From NCBI RefSeq assembly GCF_009914755.1, contig NC_060940.1: a stretch of DNA of 64,000 nt. One strand, 5' to 3'. Source of the DNA: the human T2T-CHM13v2.0 reference genome, Homo sapiens. The notes under the pieces are model-generated. The model did not search any database. It saw only the letters and a list, made by a program, of their open reading frames with translations, and was not told the DNA's origin. Below are positions 1 to 11,285 of the stretch, piece after piece; the first letter of the stretch is position 1; each line of letters opens with the position of its first letter. Position numbers and translations under genes: made by a program.

Positions 1-745
1 TTTTAAATTCCTGATTTCATTCATTCATTGCTGGTACATAGGAAAGTGATTGGCTTTTTTACATTAACCTCGTATCTTGTAATCTTGGCATAATTACTTA
101 TTCTTGGAGTTTGTCAATTTTTTTGGATTTCTTACATAGATAATCATTTTATCTGCAAACTAAGTTTTGTTTCTTACTTTCCAATCACTATACCTTTGTT
201 TTCTTTTCTTATCTTACTGCATTAGCTAGGACTTCCAGGACGATGTTGAAAAGCAATGGTAAGAGGGCACATCCTTGCCTTGCTACTGATCTTATCAGGA
301 AAGCTAGTTTCCTACCATGAAGTGTGATGTTAGTTGTAGGCTTTTTGTAGTTGTTCTTTATTAAGTTGAAGAAGTTTCTGTCTGTTACTAGTTTGTTGAG
401 AGTTATTATGAGTATTGATTTTGCCAAGTGCTTTTTCTGCATCTATTGATATGTGCATGTGATATCTATTGATATGTGCATATGAGCCTCCTGGTCATCA
501 TCCCAGGCTTAGCTCACAAAAGTTGTGAGCAGGGAGGCCACCAGGAATGTGGGGCAGGTATTATGCTTCCCATTTTACAGAAAGTAATGCCAGAAGAAAA
601 CAGTGCACAGTTACTGCTGGTTCCCAATAGTTGATTTGACTCCTTTAAAGATTTAGCTGTCCCATTTATGTGCTGGATAACATCAATTGATTCTTAAATG
701 TTCAACAAGCCTTGCATACCTGTGATAAATCCCATCATGGTTACA
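1..745 (-). mobile_element. Old L1 (L1M) ORF2 fragment, reverse-transcriptase region, interrupted by a 171-bp templated insert at 487-657
   Basis: ORF 209-442 ([45 protein letters not shown]) aligns to L1 ORF2p [45 protein letters not shown]. L1 antisense sequence resumes at about 660 (gttcaacaagccttgcatacctgtgataaatccca). Confidence 0.92.
487..657 (+). repeat. Direct duplicate of 1295-1465 (inserted copy)
   Basis: Ungapped 171-bp alignment with 6 mismatches by manual comparison. Confidence 0.97.
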
Positions 746-787
746 TTTTAATATACTTACTTTTCTTCATACCTGTCTCAAGAGAGA

Positions 788-1005
788 AAGTAGCTCAGTG
801 GTTAAGACTGGAGTCAGGCTGCCTGGGTATAAATTGCACCTCCGTTGCTTATTAGCTGTATGAACTTGGGCAAGATATTTAATCTCTCTGTGCCTCAGTT
901 TTCACATCTGTAAAATTATGTCACATAGTACTGATCTCCAAGGGTGGTTGCGTGGGTTAAATTATACCTAAAGAACTTAGCACCCCACTCAGCACATGGT
1001 GGCTG
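788..1005 (+). mobile_element. MIR SINE
   Basis: MIR core ttgggcaag...aatctctctgtgcctcagttttcacatctgtaaaat with tRNA-like head cagtggttaaga. Confidence 0.88.
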
Positions 1006-1294
1006 CCATGATGGTTTGCCGTGACCTCTCTTCATTTGAATGTGTGCCCAGTGTCTTGTTTCTCTCTGTATTCTCAGTGCCTGGTACAAAGTCGATAGAT
1101 TTTAAAAGCCCATAGAAGAAAACATACATTTTTCCCTGTTTGTGGGTATGTATGGAAGATTCTGTAACTTTGACTAGACACTTGATATTCAGATAAAATA
1201 GCCCTAAAGAAGGTTCTCAAGGGGGTGGATTTTCTCAGACTATTGTGAGCATAGTTCCTAAAGCTGACTCTATGTCTTGTGCTGACTCTAATCC

Positions 1295-1465
1295 CCTCCT
1301 GGCCATCATCCCAGGCTTAGCTCACAAAAGCTGTGAGCAGGGAGGCCACCAGGGATGTGGGGCAGGTAATATGCTTCCCATTATACAGAAAGTAATGCCA
1401 GAAGAAAACAGTGCACAGTTGCTGCTGGTTCCCAATAGTTGATTTGACTCCTTTAAAGATTTAGC
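1295..1465 (+). repeat. Probable donor of the 487-657 duplicate (weakly MIR-like sequence)
   Basis: 165/171 identity to 487-657. This copy does not interrupt a recognisable element. Confidence 0.95.
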
Positions 1466-2049
1466 ACCTGAGTTAGAATCCGGATGGCAGAACTTCTCTA
1501 TTGGAACCTAGTCCCACTATTCCTCTCTCCCTTCATTCAACACTGGGTTTAGAATGCTTGCCAGCAGCATTGTGGAAATTACCTCAAAGGTAGAAACACG
1601 TAACTCATAAGCACACATGAATAGGTATAGGTCATAATCCTGGAAAGACGGCCTTGCCATTGAGAGGGGAATAGCAGGAGCAAGGCTACGGAAGCACGGG
1701 ACTCTGGTTGAGTCTAGGCACTGTCTGCATGTACTTGGCACATTCCTTAAAAATGGCAGCAAGCAGTCCATTCTCAAATGGAAATTGGAACAAAAAATAA
1801 CGTAAAACCATAAATAACAGAAAAGAATATATACTCAAACATGTATAATCCATATGCATGAACATAACTCCCCTATTGGGAATTTCTCATAAAGAATCCC
1901 CCCAAAATATAATACCACGTCCACAAGAACCCACCCACAGGCCAGGTACTGTGCGAGGCACTGGAATACAATGGGGGTAACATGGACTAGGAGACTCATG
2001 AAAACGTCATGACAAACACCTGGGAAATTCTGAACGTTAAATAGTAGGG

Positions 2050-2268
2050 AAGGGTTTCTCCACCATGGCATGGTGGCCACTTTGGGCAGGAAGATTGTGG
2101 TGAGGCTATCCTGTGCATGGCAGGATGTCCAGAAGCATCCCTGGCCTCTACCCACTAGAGGCCATTGGAAGCCCCATCCTCACTGTGAAATCCAAAAATG
2201 TCTCCAGACATTGTCAAGTGTCTCCTGGAGGGAAAGGGGGGAAAGTGACTCCCCATTGAGAACCACTG
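2050..2268 (-). mobile_element. MER20 (hAT-Charlie MITE)
   Basis: Termini agggtttctc...ttgagaaccactg and internal catccctggcctctacccactaga and aaaaatgtctccagacattg match MER20. Confidence 0.9.
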
Positions 2269-4029
2269 CTTTAGGGGAATACTTAAGAAGTTGAGGCATA
2301 TCTGCTCACTGGAAAATGGAAATGAGCTAATTTGGAGGCTTAAAACAGCAGCACTGGGAAAATGACATAAATTTTAAAAAGCAGAAAGTAATACTGCATT
2401 TATTCTGTGGTTTGGCTGAGGTTTTGGGTTTCAGAGGAAGCTGCTGAGAAAAGAGAGGGAGGGAAAATGTGACCCAGAAATCACGGGAACCAGGGAATCT
2501 CAACAAATTGAGTATCTTGGTTTGTGTAAGATTAGGAACCTGGAGATAAATATGGGTCAGGCAGATGCAAGTAAAATGATCACACGTGGGGAGCATGGAA
2601 ATTGGGTCTTAAAAGTGAGTTAAGTCAAGGGTGGTATTTAAAATATGTCATATGTAAATATGACAGAGAAACCACCAATCAAAACAGCCATCTGCTGAAA
2701 CCACCCACTATGGGCGTTCCTGTGCCTGCCGGGGCGTGCGGGAAACCCAAGAGGGAGCACCAGTTGGTGAACGTCAGTCAATCCACAAACCATCTAACAG
2801 AGGCACAGGGATTAAATTCAGAGCAAGACCTGGCAAAACAGAAACAGCCCGAGGCCAGAGATGAAGTGAAAGAAAGATGACAACCTAGGGCCCAGGAGGG
2901 AAGCTTCCAGAAGGTTGAGTTATATTTAAGCCCTTTCACTGTATACCTGGGACCAAAGACCCTAGAGCAGCTTCAGACATAAATTATGTATATACATGAA
3001 CAAAGACAGAAAGGGAGCAAAGAAAAATGAAAACAGCTTGATTTGTAGGGCTTTCAGCATGGCGGGTGGTTTTCTTTCCCCCCTCGTTTTATTTAGACGT
3101 CTGCTGCTGCTGCTTCAATTTTGTTCCGGCAATACAAGTAAAATATATGTGGATGTTAACAAAGATGTAAAGAGCCTTTTGAAGTATATAACTGATTATA
3201 ATTTAACATTCATTAAGTTTCTTTTATCAAAAAAAAAAAACTATTAAGTTCATTGAAGAAGTCATAAAAACAAACCAAACACCCACCACCTTCTCCCCTC
3301 CTGGGGACATGGCAGTGGCCACTTCAAAGTGGGTCAGGTCTCCGTGAAGGAAAGGGGCTCTTGAGAGAGTGATGGTGGCCCAGGGGCCGGTGTGATGTTT
3401 CATGCTGGAGGGATACAGCTGTCCGTTTCCTTTGCCTCTTTTCATCCTGATGGAGCAAACGGCTCATTGTTTACGCTGACCTAGTGAGGTTGGCTTCAAG
3501 CTCTCCCCTCACCATGTTGTAATGAGATAGTCCTGAGGACACACGCTCTGTCCATTGAAACAGATTAGCTCTGATCACAGCTTAATTATGTGAAGTACAG
3601 CCAAACCCTATTTATGCTTTTCCTAGGGATGGGGTGGAACAGATAGGAACGGGTAATTGACAGACATTAAGAAATAGACTTAAATATTGTTTGTCCTGCT
3701 TTAGTACGCACGATATTAATGAGATGTTATTGTGAGTGCTGAGTAAAGAGGTTGCTGCCGGCTGGTTCTCATGCCAGGCAGCCAGCAGACCTTCTTCCCA
3801 AGCAGGGAATTAGCGCAGGTGTTCCCTTGGTGAAAGCCTGGCTATCAGCATCAACACCTTCTAGAAGATCCGTGCCTCTTGGTTTATTTCAGGGAGCCTG
3901 TGCAACTCCAAAAGGATGGATGCTGGATGCATATGGAGGTTCCATGCCTTAAGGCTAGCTTACAAATGTATGAACTCGTCTGTCTTTTATTCCATCAGAA
4001 ATGAATGTACATTGTAGGAACCAGACTTA

Positions 4030-4710
4030 GCAGAGAACACGGAGTATTGGGGGAAACCTCAATTAGGGAATAAAGAGCTAGTACACACACAGATGTGTGT
4101 CACATCAGACTATGTAATGGACACAATTTAGGAACAACTAAGGTATGTCCTGTAATTAGGGGACTTGTTAAATCTGCACTGTCTAATATAGTAGCCACTA
4201 GTTACATGTGACTGTTTACATTTCATTTAATCAAATTAAAGAAAATTGAAAATTCAGTGTCTTGATCACAGGAGAGGAATTTTAAGGGCTCCTTTGTCAC
4301 AGGCGGCTAGTGGTTCTCATGTGCAGATGTAGGACATCCCCGCCATCACAGAGGGATTTGCTGGACACCACTGAGTCAAATAAATGGTAGTATGTCCATA
4401 GAATGGAGTATTCTCCATATTCTCAATGAAGTAAATGCAGATATTCTGGCATAGAAAGGTCACCCTTGTGTATTGCCAGGTAAACAAGTTACAAAACTTT
4501 ATGATATTAATTTCACTTAAAAAACAGATGCAACACACAGGCACATACTTTTTGGATAAGAGTGCAAAAAACACAGAAAGGATGCACACCAAATTGTCGG
4601 CATTAGTTACCTTGAGGAGGCGGGGGTAGATGTTTACTTTTTATTTTCTTCACATGTGTATTGTCTGAACATATTTCAATGAGCATGTGTTACTGTTGTA
4701 ATTAAAAAGA
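4030..4710 (+). mobile_element. Ancient L1ME-type 3' region, split by MER3
   Basis: aaataaatggtagtatgtccatagaatggagta and the terminal caatgagcatgtgttactgttgtaattaaaaa are typical of L1ME 3' ends. Confidence 0.65.
4174..4373 (-). mobile_element. MER3 (hAT-Charlie MITE)
   Basis: ctgcactgtctaatatagtagccactagttacatgtg ... ggctagtgg ... ctggacaccactg, with a degenerate 8-bp TSD tgttaaat/agtcaaat. Confidence 0.85.
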
Positions 4711-5195
4711 GATTTATGTGATGAAAACTGATGAAAATGATTGAGAAACATGAACAGAGGGTTTTCTCTTTGCCTCTTTAGAGACTGGTTAATGGTGCTA
4801 CCTGAGTGAGATTGACCAGATGGCTTGTTGGGAGAAGAAGGGAGCTGGTTTGGAGTAAATCCATCCCCACCACTATCAGGTCTTGCCCAGGCATACCCTG
4901 CTTTTCCTGAATGTCCTGAATGTTGTTGTAGGACAACAAATGCACTTTATAATTATTCATAGGACCTCTCACTACTAATCTTTGAGTCGATAACAGCTTC
5001 TGCTATAGAAGGGGGCAGATCACTGGGCTTAAATGTCCAATAGCGCCTGAGAGGCTTAAACAACCACCAGTATGTGTCCCTCTGGGAGGGCTTCTCTGCC
5101 ATTTAGAAGATCAATGAGAAGATGTCCTCCAGGCCAGTGTGAGGTGGTAGAGGTGTGTGCTTGCGTGGGCATGCCTGTGTGGTACCCTTACCCAC

Positions 5196-6095
<900 letters not shown>

Positions 6096-6289
6096 GTGAT
6101 CCTCTTCTAGGAGATTTACCTCTCTGCTAGCTTACATACTATGTGAATATAGCGTGGGCTTTCTTCTTGCTCTTCAGAAAGTCTTCTCTACCCTCCCTCC
6201 TCCTACCATGGCGCATTCTGCAGCATGACAGGCATTCCACTCTGAGGTGTGAGCCATGTGGGCTCTCAGGACTCTTCTGGCTCCACTTC

Positions 6290-6465
6290 TGCCTTTGTAG
6301 CTGTGGACCACGAGGCAGTGACTTTGAAATTCAGTCTTATTCTGCGGAAATATTACTTACTCGTCCCTACCTCATAGGGTGGTTTTTCGAAGTCAGTGAG
6401 ACAAGGACAGTGAAGGGTTGAGGCAGTGCTCAGCACATAGTAAGCGCTAAATAAATGTTAGCTTT
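6290..6465 (+). mobile_element. MIR fragment
   Basis: ctacctcatagggtggtt...cagcacatagtaagcgctaaataaatgttagct is a MIR 3' end. Confidence 0.8.
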
Positions 6466-7216
6466 TGTTGAAATTAATCTTACTTTTCACTAAATTGTGC
6501 TGCAAAGCAACGTGCCATTGCCTGTTCTTCACATGGCTGTGTCTCTCCTCCTCAGATGGATGGAGTAGGAGGGTTGTTGGAAGACAAAAGCATCCTGCTT
6601 CACTCTTGTCTCTCCAGGCTCCTGACAGTGATTTGCACTAGCTGATTAGTAAATTCATGGCAGTGCCTGGTGCCTGAGAGAGCGAGGGTTGGGTGCAGCT
6701 TGGCTACAGCTCTGAACACAGCAGTGGGGGCTCAGTTGCTTGGAAAAGCTGCCAGCCAGTGAGCCCAGCACAGTCAGAGTCCTGTCAATGCAGTAGGTGG
6801 GTAAAATAAGACACCAGTGTGCCTTTGAAGCATGACTTTCTGAGGGAGAAGGCTGGGAGCCTTTACATTTGATGACTGGGAGAAAGGACCCAAGTTTTTC
6901 CTGTGTGTTTCCTTAAAACAGCCTTATTCTCTAGATGTGATTTGTTTTCTGTTTTATTTTCAAAGAGAAGAAAATCTTGTTAATACTTGCTTATTAACTA
7001 ACAATTTCACTTTACTGGTTTGGTATGTAAAACTGAGGGTTTTCTTCTACCCAGTGGCAGTTTTTGATATGAAACAGTAACAACAACATCAACGTAACTT
7101 GTATTTTTGAATATATTTGATACAGATATTGGTTAAAAGCATTTTGTACATATATATTCTTACATATTTGTGGGTATGTATGAATACATGTATATATGCA
7201 TATATATGTGTGTGTG

Positions 7217-7834
7217 TAATTGATTCTCATTATTCATGAATTCTGTCTTTGTGAATTTGCCTACTCAGTAAAATGTATCTGTAGCTCCCAAATCAGTGGT
7301 CATGGTAGTGTTGTGGTCACTTGCAGACATATACAGAGCTGTGACAAATTTGAGTCATATGATGTATATGCTTCCAGGTGCATTCAAACTAGGTGAGACT
7401 GCCTTCTTGTTTTAGCTTTCATACTACAAACAAATATCCTTTTCATGAACCATTTAATGCCACATTTGCCACAATTTTATGCTATTTCTTGGCAATTTTG
7501 CTGTCAAAATGGCCCCAAGTGGACTGCAGAGTGCTCTCTAGTGTCTCTAAGTGCAAGAAGGCTGTGATGTGTCTGACTGAGAAAATGCATGTGTTAGATA
7601 AGCTTTGTTTCAGCATGAGTTACAGTGCTGCTGGCTGTGATAAATTTTAAGTAAGGCATCTTTAAACCGAGGCGCACGTAAAACAAGGTTATATATTGAC
7701 TAGTTGACTGAACTGTGACCAGAGGCTCACAGGAACCTAACCCTGCATTTCTACTAGGAGCAATGGTTCAATATATGTTAAGTATTCATGGTGACTTCAT
7801 AGAACATAAGTACCATAAATAAGAGAATCAATTG
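7217..7834 (-). mobile_element. MER82 (TcMar-Tigger)
   Basis: TIRs taattgattctcattattc / aaataagagaatcaattg, and internal aagtgcaagaaggctgtgatgtg and accagaggctcacaggaacctaaccctg. Confidence 0.88.
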
Positions 7835-7838
7835 TATG

Positions 7839-8323
7839 CAGACACTCCTTGATTTATGATGAGATTTTATCCTGATAAACCATCCTACATCAAAAAGGCG
7901 GCTGCATGCCTACCTCAAACATCACAGGTACTCTGCTTCACCTTCCTCAACTATGTCATGCCTCAACTCTGCTTGGACTCTGCCCAACTCCAGACAGGGA
8001 CAATGTGACAGTAGCCAGCTCCTCTCTGAACTGACACCCTGTAAATTGGACCTACTGAACAGCAATAGTTTAGCCTAACCTACTTTATATGTGCTTAGAG
8101 CACTTGCGTTAGCCTACAGGAGGGCAAAATCATTGAATACAAAGCCCATTTTATAATGAAGTGTTGACTGTCTCATATAAGAGTATTGTACCACATATTT
8201 CTGGACCAGGAAAAGATCAAAATTCAAAATCTGAAAAATGGTTTCAATGGAGTAAGTATTTCTTTTGTACCATTGTAAAGTTGAAAAACTGTTGTCTAGT
8301 CATTCTAAGTCAGGGAATATCTG
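7839..8323 (+). mobile_element. MER47/Tigger5-derived MITE carrying a foreign ~160-bp insert
   Basis: Termini cagacactccttgatttatgat / taagtcagggaatatctg, and internal ttagcctacag..gggcaaaatcat and ggaaaagatcaaaattcaaaat. Confidence 0.85.
7916..8034 (-). repeat. Inverted duplicate of 9873-9991
   Basis: The reverse complement aligns without gaps to 9873-9991 at 95/119 identity, and most mismatches are transitions. Confidence 0.93.
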
Positions 8324-8799
8324 TGTATAAATCGTGTAAAATCCTCCCAGAACCTTTATGAGAGGGTGTGGACTGTGATTCTTAAGTTAATGGCATCCCT
8401 CTCTGCCTATAACGATCTCACGTCTGTTTTTTTGCCAAAAAATATAGCTGCTGGGGAACCTGTTCAGGGAAGTTGGGATGTGTTTATCCTTAGGTGTTTA
8501 TTCATCTTTCCAAGCTCCTGCAATCAACCAGAAACACAGGGGAATGGAAGGCTTAGTGTTTGTTGTACCAATTATGCCACAGGCAGTATCTTGTGTATTT
8601 TAAGTAACAGCACTGCTTTGGTAAGGCAGTTGATCCTACTTTCAAAGGCAAGGTACCTGAATCATGGACAATGAGGCCACCATCAGCCCTCCCTCTCCAA
8701 TCAATGGATGACCATACACTGTGCTTGTTCCTTCCACATGGAGACCCATACTTGAATACTTGGTGGGTACCTTGAGCTAACCTCTCACTTTGTGTGGAA

Positions 8800-9130
8800 T
8801 AGGCAGTGGGCTATAAGGGGAAAGCACACACTTTGAAGCCAGACTCACTTGCATTGGAATCTGGGATGTCTGACATAACAACAACTACTACTATTTTTTT
8901 GGCCATTTACTATAACCTAGTCGTAGGTTAACCATACAACAACCATGGTAACTGAGGCACGAAGAACATCTTTCTTATTTGTGGTGCATATCACAATGTA
9001 AAGGTAGTCCTGTTGATACACCCATTTTTAGAAATGTTAAATGGTGTGCTCAAGGTCACACAGATGGAAGCTGGTGAATCCAGAATTTAAAAGTAGAACA
9101 TTTAATCCCAGAGCCAGCCTGCCTTCCCAC
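8800..9130. mobile_element. MIR fragments
   Basis: aagcacacactttgaagccagac (+), and cccatttttag...ctcaaggtcacacag (-). Confidence 0.65.
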
Positions 9131-9494
9131 CATCCAAACGATGCTATGCCACATCTTGAAGAATCAGAACCACCTTGTCAAGATGGGTGACAATTACAAC
9201 AGAGAAATGATGTAAAATGCAGTGTGTAGTTTCTGCCCCTGAGATGAGTTCAGGAATGGGTCCAGTTCCTGTTCTTAAACACGCTTTGCCCTACTGCTTG
9301 CAAGCCAACTCGGAGCCTTCTGATGTTTCTCTCCAAACTGACAAAGGAATCAGCTGTTCCTTCTAGAGGGGGAATACTTTGACTTGGGTCTTTAGAAGTT
9401 ATCTGATGCCAGCTTATTCACATCGCCTCACCTCCTAGCAGCTGGAGCAGGAATGCAGCAGCAGGGTATTGAAATTTAAGAGGTTGGCCTTGAG

Positions 9495-9995
9495 TCACTG
9501 ACTTAGCTGGGTATCCCATAAAGCAGAGAGCTTATACATTTCTATCGTATTAGGGAGACAATTCCAGAGAGTGAGAGTGAAGGAAGAGGGGATTGAGGCA
9601 GGTAAGGAGGGGAGGCTTGCGAAGGCGCGTACTGAGCTGGCCATCCCCAAGTGCAACTGATTGAGAGGTTTGTAGAGCTTTGTCCCTGAGAAGCCTGCCT
9701 CACCAGGATGTGGTGTGGGGAGATGAAATAATTCCTCCACTCATTCCCATCTGCTATTGGCCATATGTTGGCTCAAGGGGCGTTCCTTTCCTTGCACCGT
9801 AGGATTGTGCATGTATGATGGGGCTCCTCTACCGAGTTAAGAAGGAAGCCCTTGGCAAGGGCGGAGAGGCTCTCAGTTCAGAGAGGAGTTGTCTGATGTC
9901 ACGTTGCCCCTATCTGAAGTTGGACAGAGCCCAGGCAGAGCTGAGATGTGACGTGAGTGAGGAAGGCGAAGCAGTGCACCCATGATGTTTGGTGC
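9495..9995 (-). mobile_element. Ancient ERVL-type solo LTR (LTR33/LTR16-like)
   Basis: gacttagctgggtatcccataaagcagag...ttagggagacaattccagaga...gagtgaaggaagagggga resembles the reverse complement of an LTR33/LTR16 3' end. The right boundary is uncertain. Confidence 0.55.
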
Positions 9996-10829
9996 AGTCT
10001 TGAAAGCGCAGTCACTGTGGAGCCGCCCCCCGCCTCTCCCCTTCTGAGCCGCCACAGCTCACGCTTGCTTTCTATGTCCTGAGCTTTTCTGTACCTCTGT
10101 CTTGCTATGTCAGGCATTCATGGCTGTGCTGTTAGGGAGCCTTTTCAATCTTCTCATGCTCCAGTTTCAAAGCTGTCTCAAAATGAGATAAGTTAAAGCC
10201 TAATACAGTTTTTTAGAAACACCTGTATTTGTCGCGCTGACCTAATATTAACACAGGTTCTCGTCTCTACTTGAATGTTACGCATCTATCGCGACACCAT
10301 TACCAGGACTGCGCTCTGAATCTTTAGAGATTATCTGTGTGCCTGATGTCATGAATACCAAGTAGATGATGTAGGATGGCTATACCCTGCCAGGGAGACC
10401 TGCCTGGGGTACCAGTGAGTTTACAAAGACTTGCAGGAGGCAGCATACAGACCATGGGCTTGTAGCTTTCCAGTTCAACTACACCACCAAACCCTGGCAC
10501 CTAAGACTTTGGTTGTTCCCCGTGTCCTATGAGCCCTGATCACAAGGTGAGCAATGCCTTCTAGGCTGGGAAGGCAGAGTTGGCAAGAACTGCCAACCCC
10601 AGGGATGGCATCAGGCCCGCTGATAATTAAAGGGTGCCTAGGACATATTGCCTAAGCTGTTATTGGTTCTAGAGGACTCGACTTCATTCCATGAGGGGTA
10701 AAATAAGTAGATAGGGAGGCATTCAGAGCCTGAACTGGTAAAGGGGGGACAGTTATAATATTACCCCAAAGCTACAGCTCAGGGAAAACCATTAGGGCAA
10801 TGTTTTTTTGTTGTTGTTGTTTCTTCCTT

Positions 10830-11007
10830 AAGAAGGGATCTGTGCTATGTACTTTAGCATCACCTGAGATGGTGTGAACAGTGATAAGAGTTTGAGGCCC
10901 TGTCTTTTATCTACAGATTCAGCATTCCTTGGGGTAAGGTCTGGGAGTCTGTGTTTTGGCAAGAGTTCTGAGTGATTCTGATGTACACTAAAGTTTGGGA
11001 ATGACTG
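10830..11007. mobile_element. MER5 (hAT-Charlie) MITE
   Basis: agcatcacctgaga...ggtctgggagtctgtgtttt..caag...gtgattctgatgtacactaaagtttgggaatgactg. Confidence 0.75.
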
Positions 11008-11119
11008 TCGTAGGAGTGTTCAGTAACTTGGGCCTCCTGGAATGCTCTAAGTTGTGTCACAGCCCAGCTGAGTACCTGGGACAGAACAGGGAAAAGCAAG
11101 GAGTGACGATGTCAGAGAG

Positions 11120-11285
11120 GGGCTGTGAGACCCTGGCTTTGGAGCCAGACCTGTACCTTCCTGGACTTCAGCAAGTTCCAGAATTTCTGTGCATGTGAGT
11201 TTACCCCTGTGTAAAGTGAAGATGACAACAGGGCTGGCTGTTATTCTAGGGGGCTGCCCAGGTGTACCTGGCACAGTGCAGTCCT
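11120..11285 (+). mobile_element. MIR fragment
   Basis: ggctttggagccagacctg...tgtaaagtgaagatgacaac...cctggcacag. Confidence 0.65.

Noticed and set aside
209-442. ORF with reverse-transcriptase-like sequence as a functional gene or retron-type system
   Set aside because: It is a short decayed fragment of L1 ORF2p. The surrounding L1 is full of stops and frameshifts and is interrupted.
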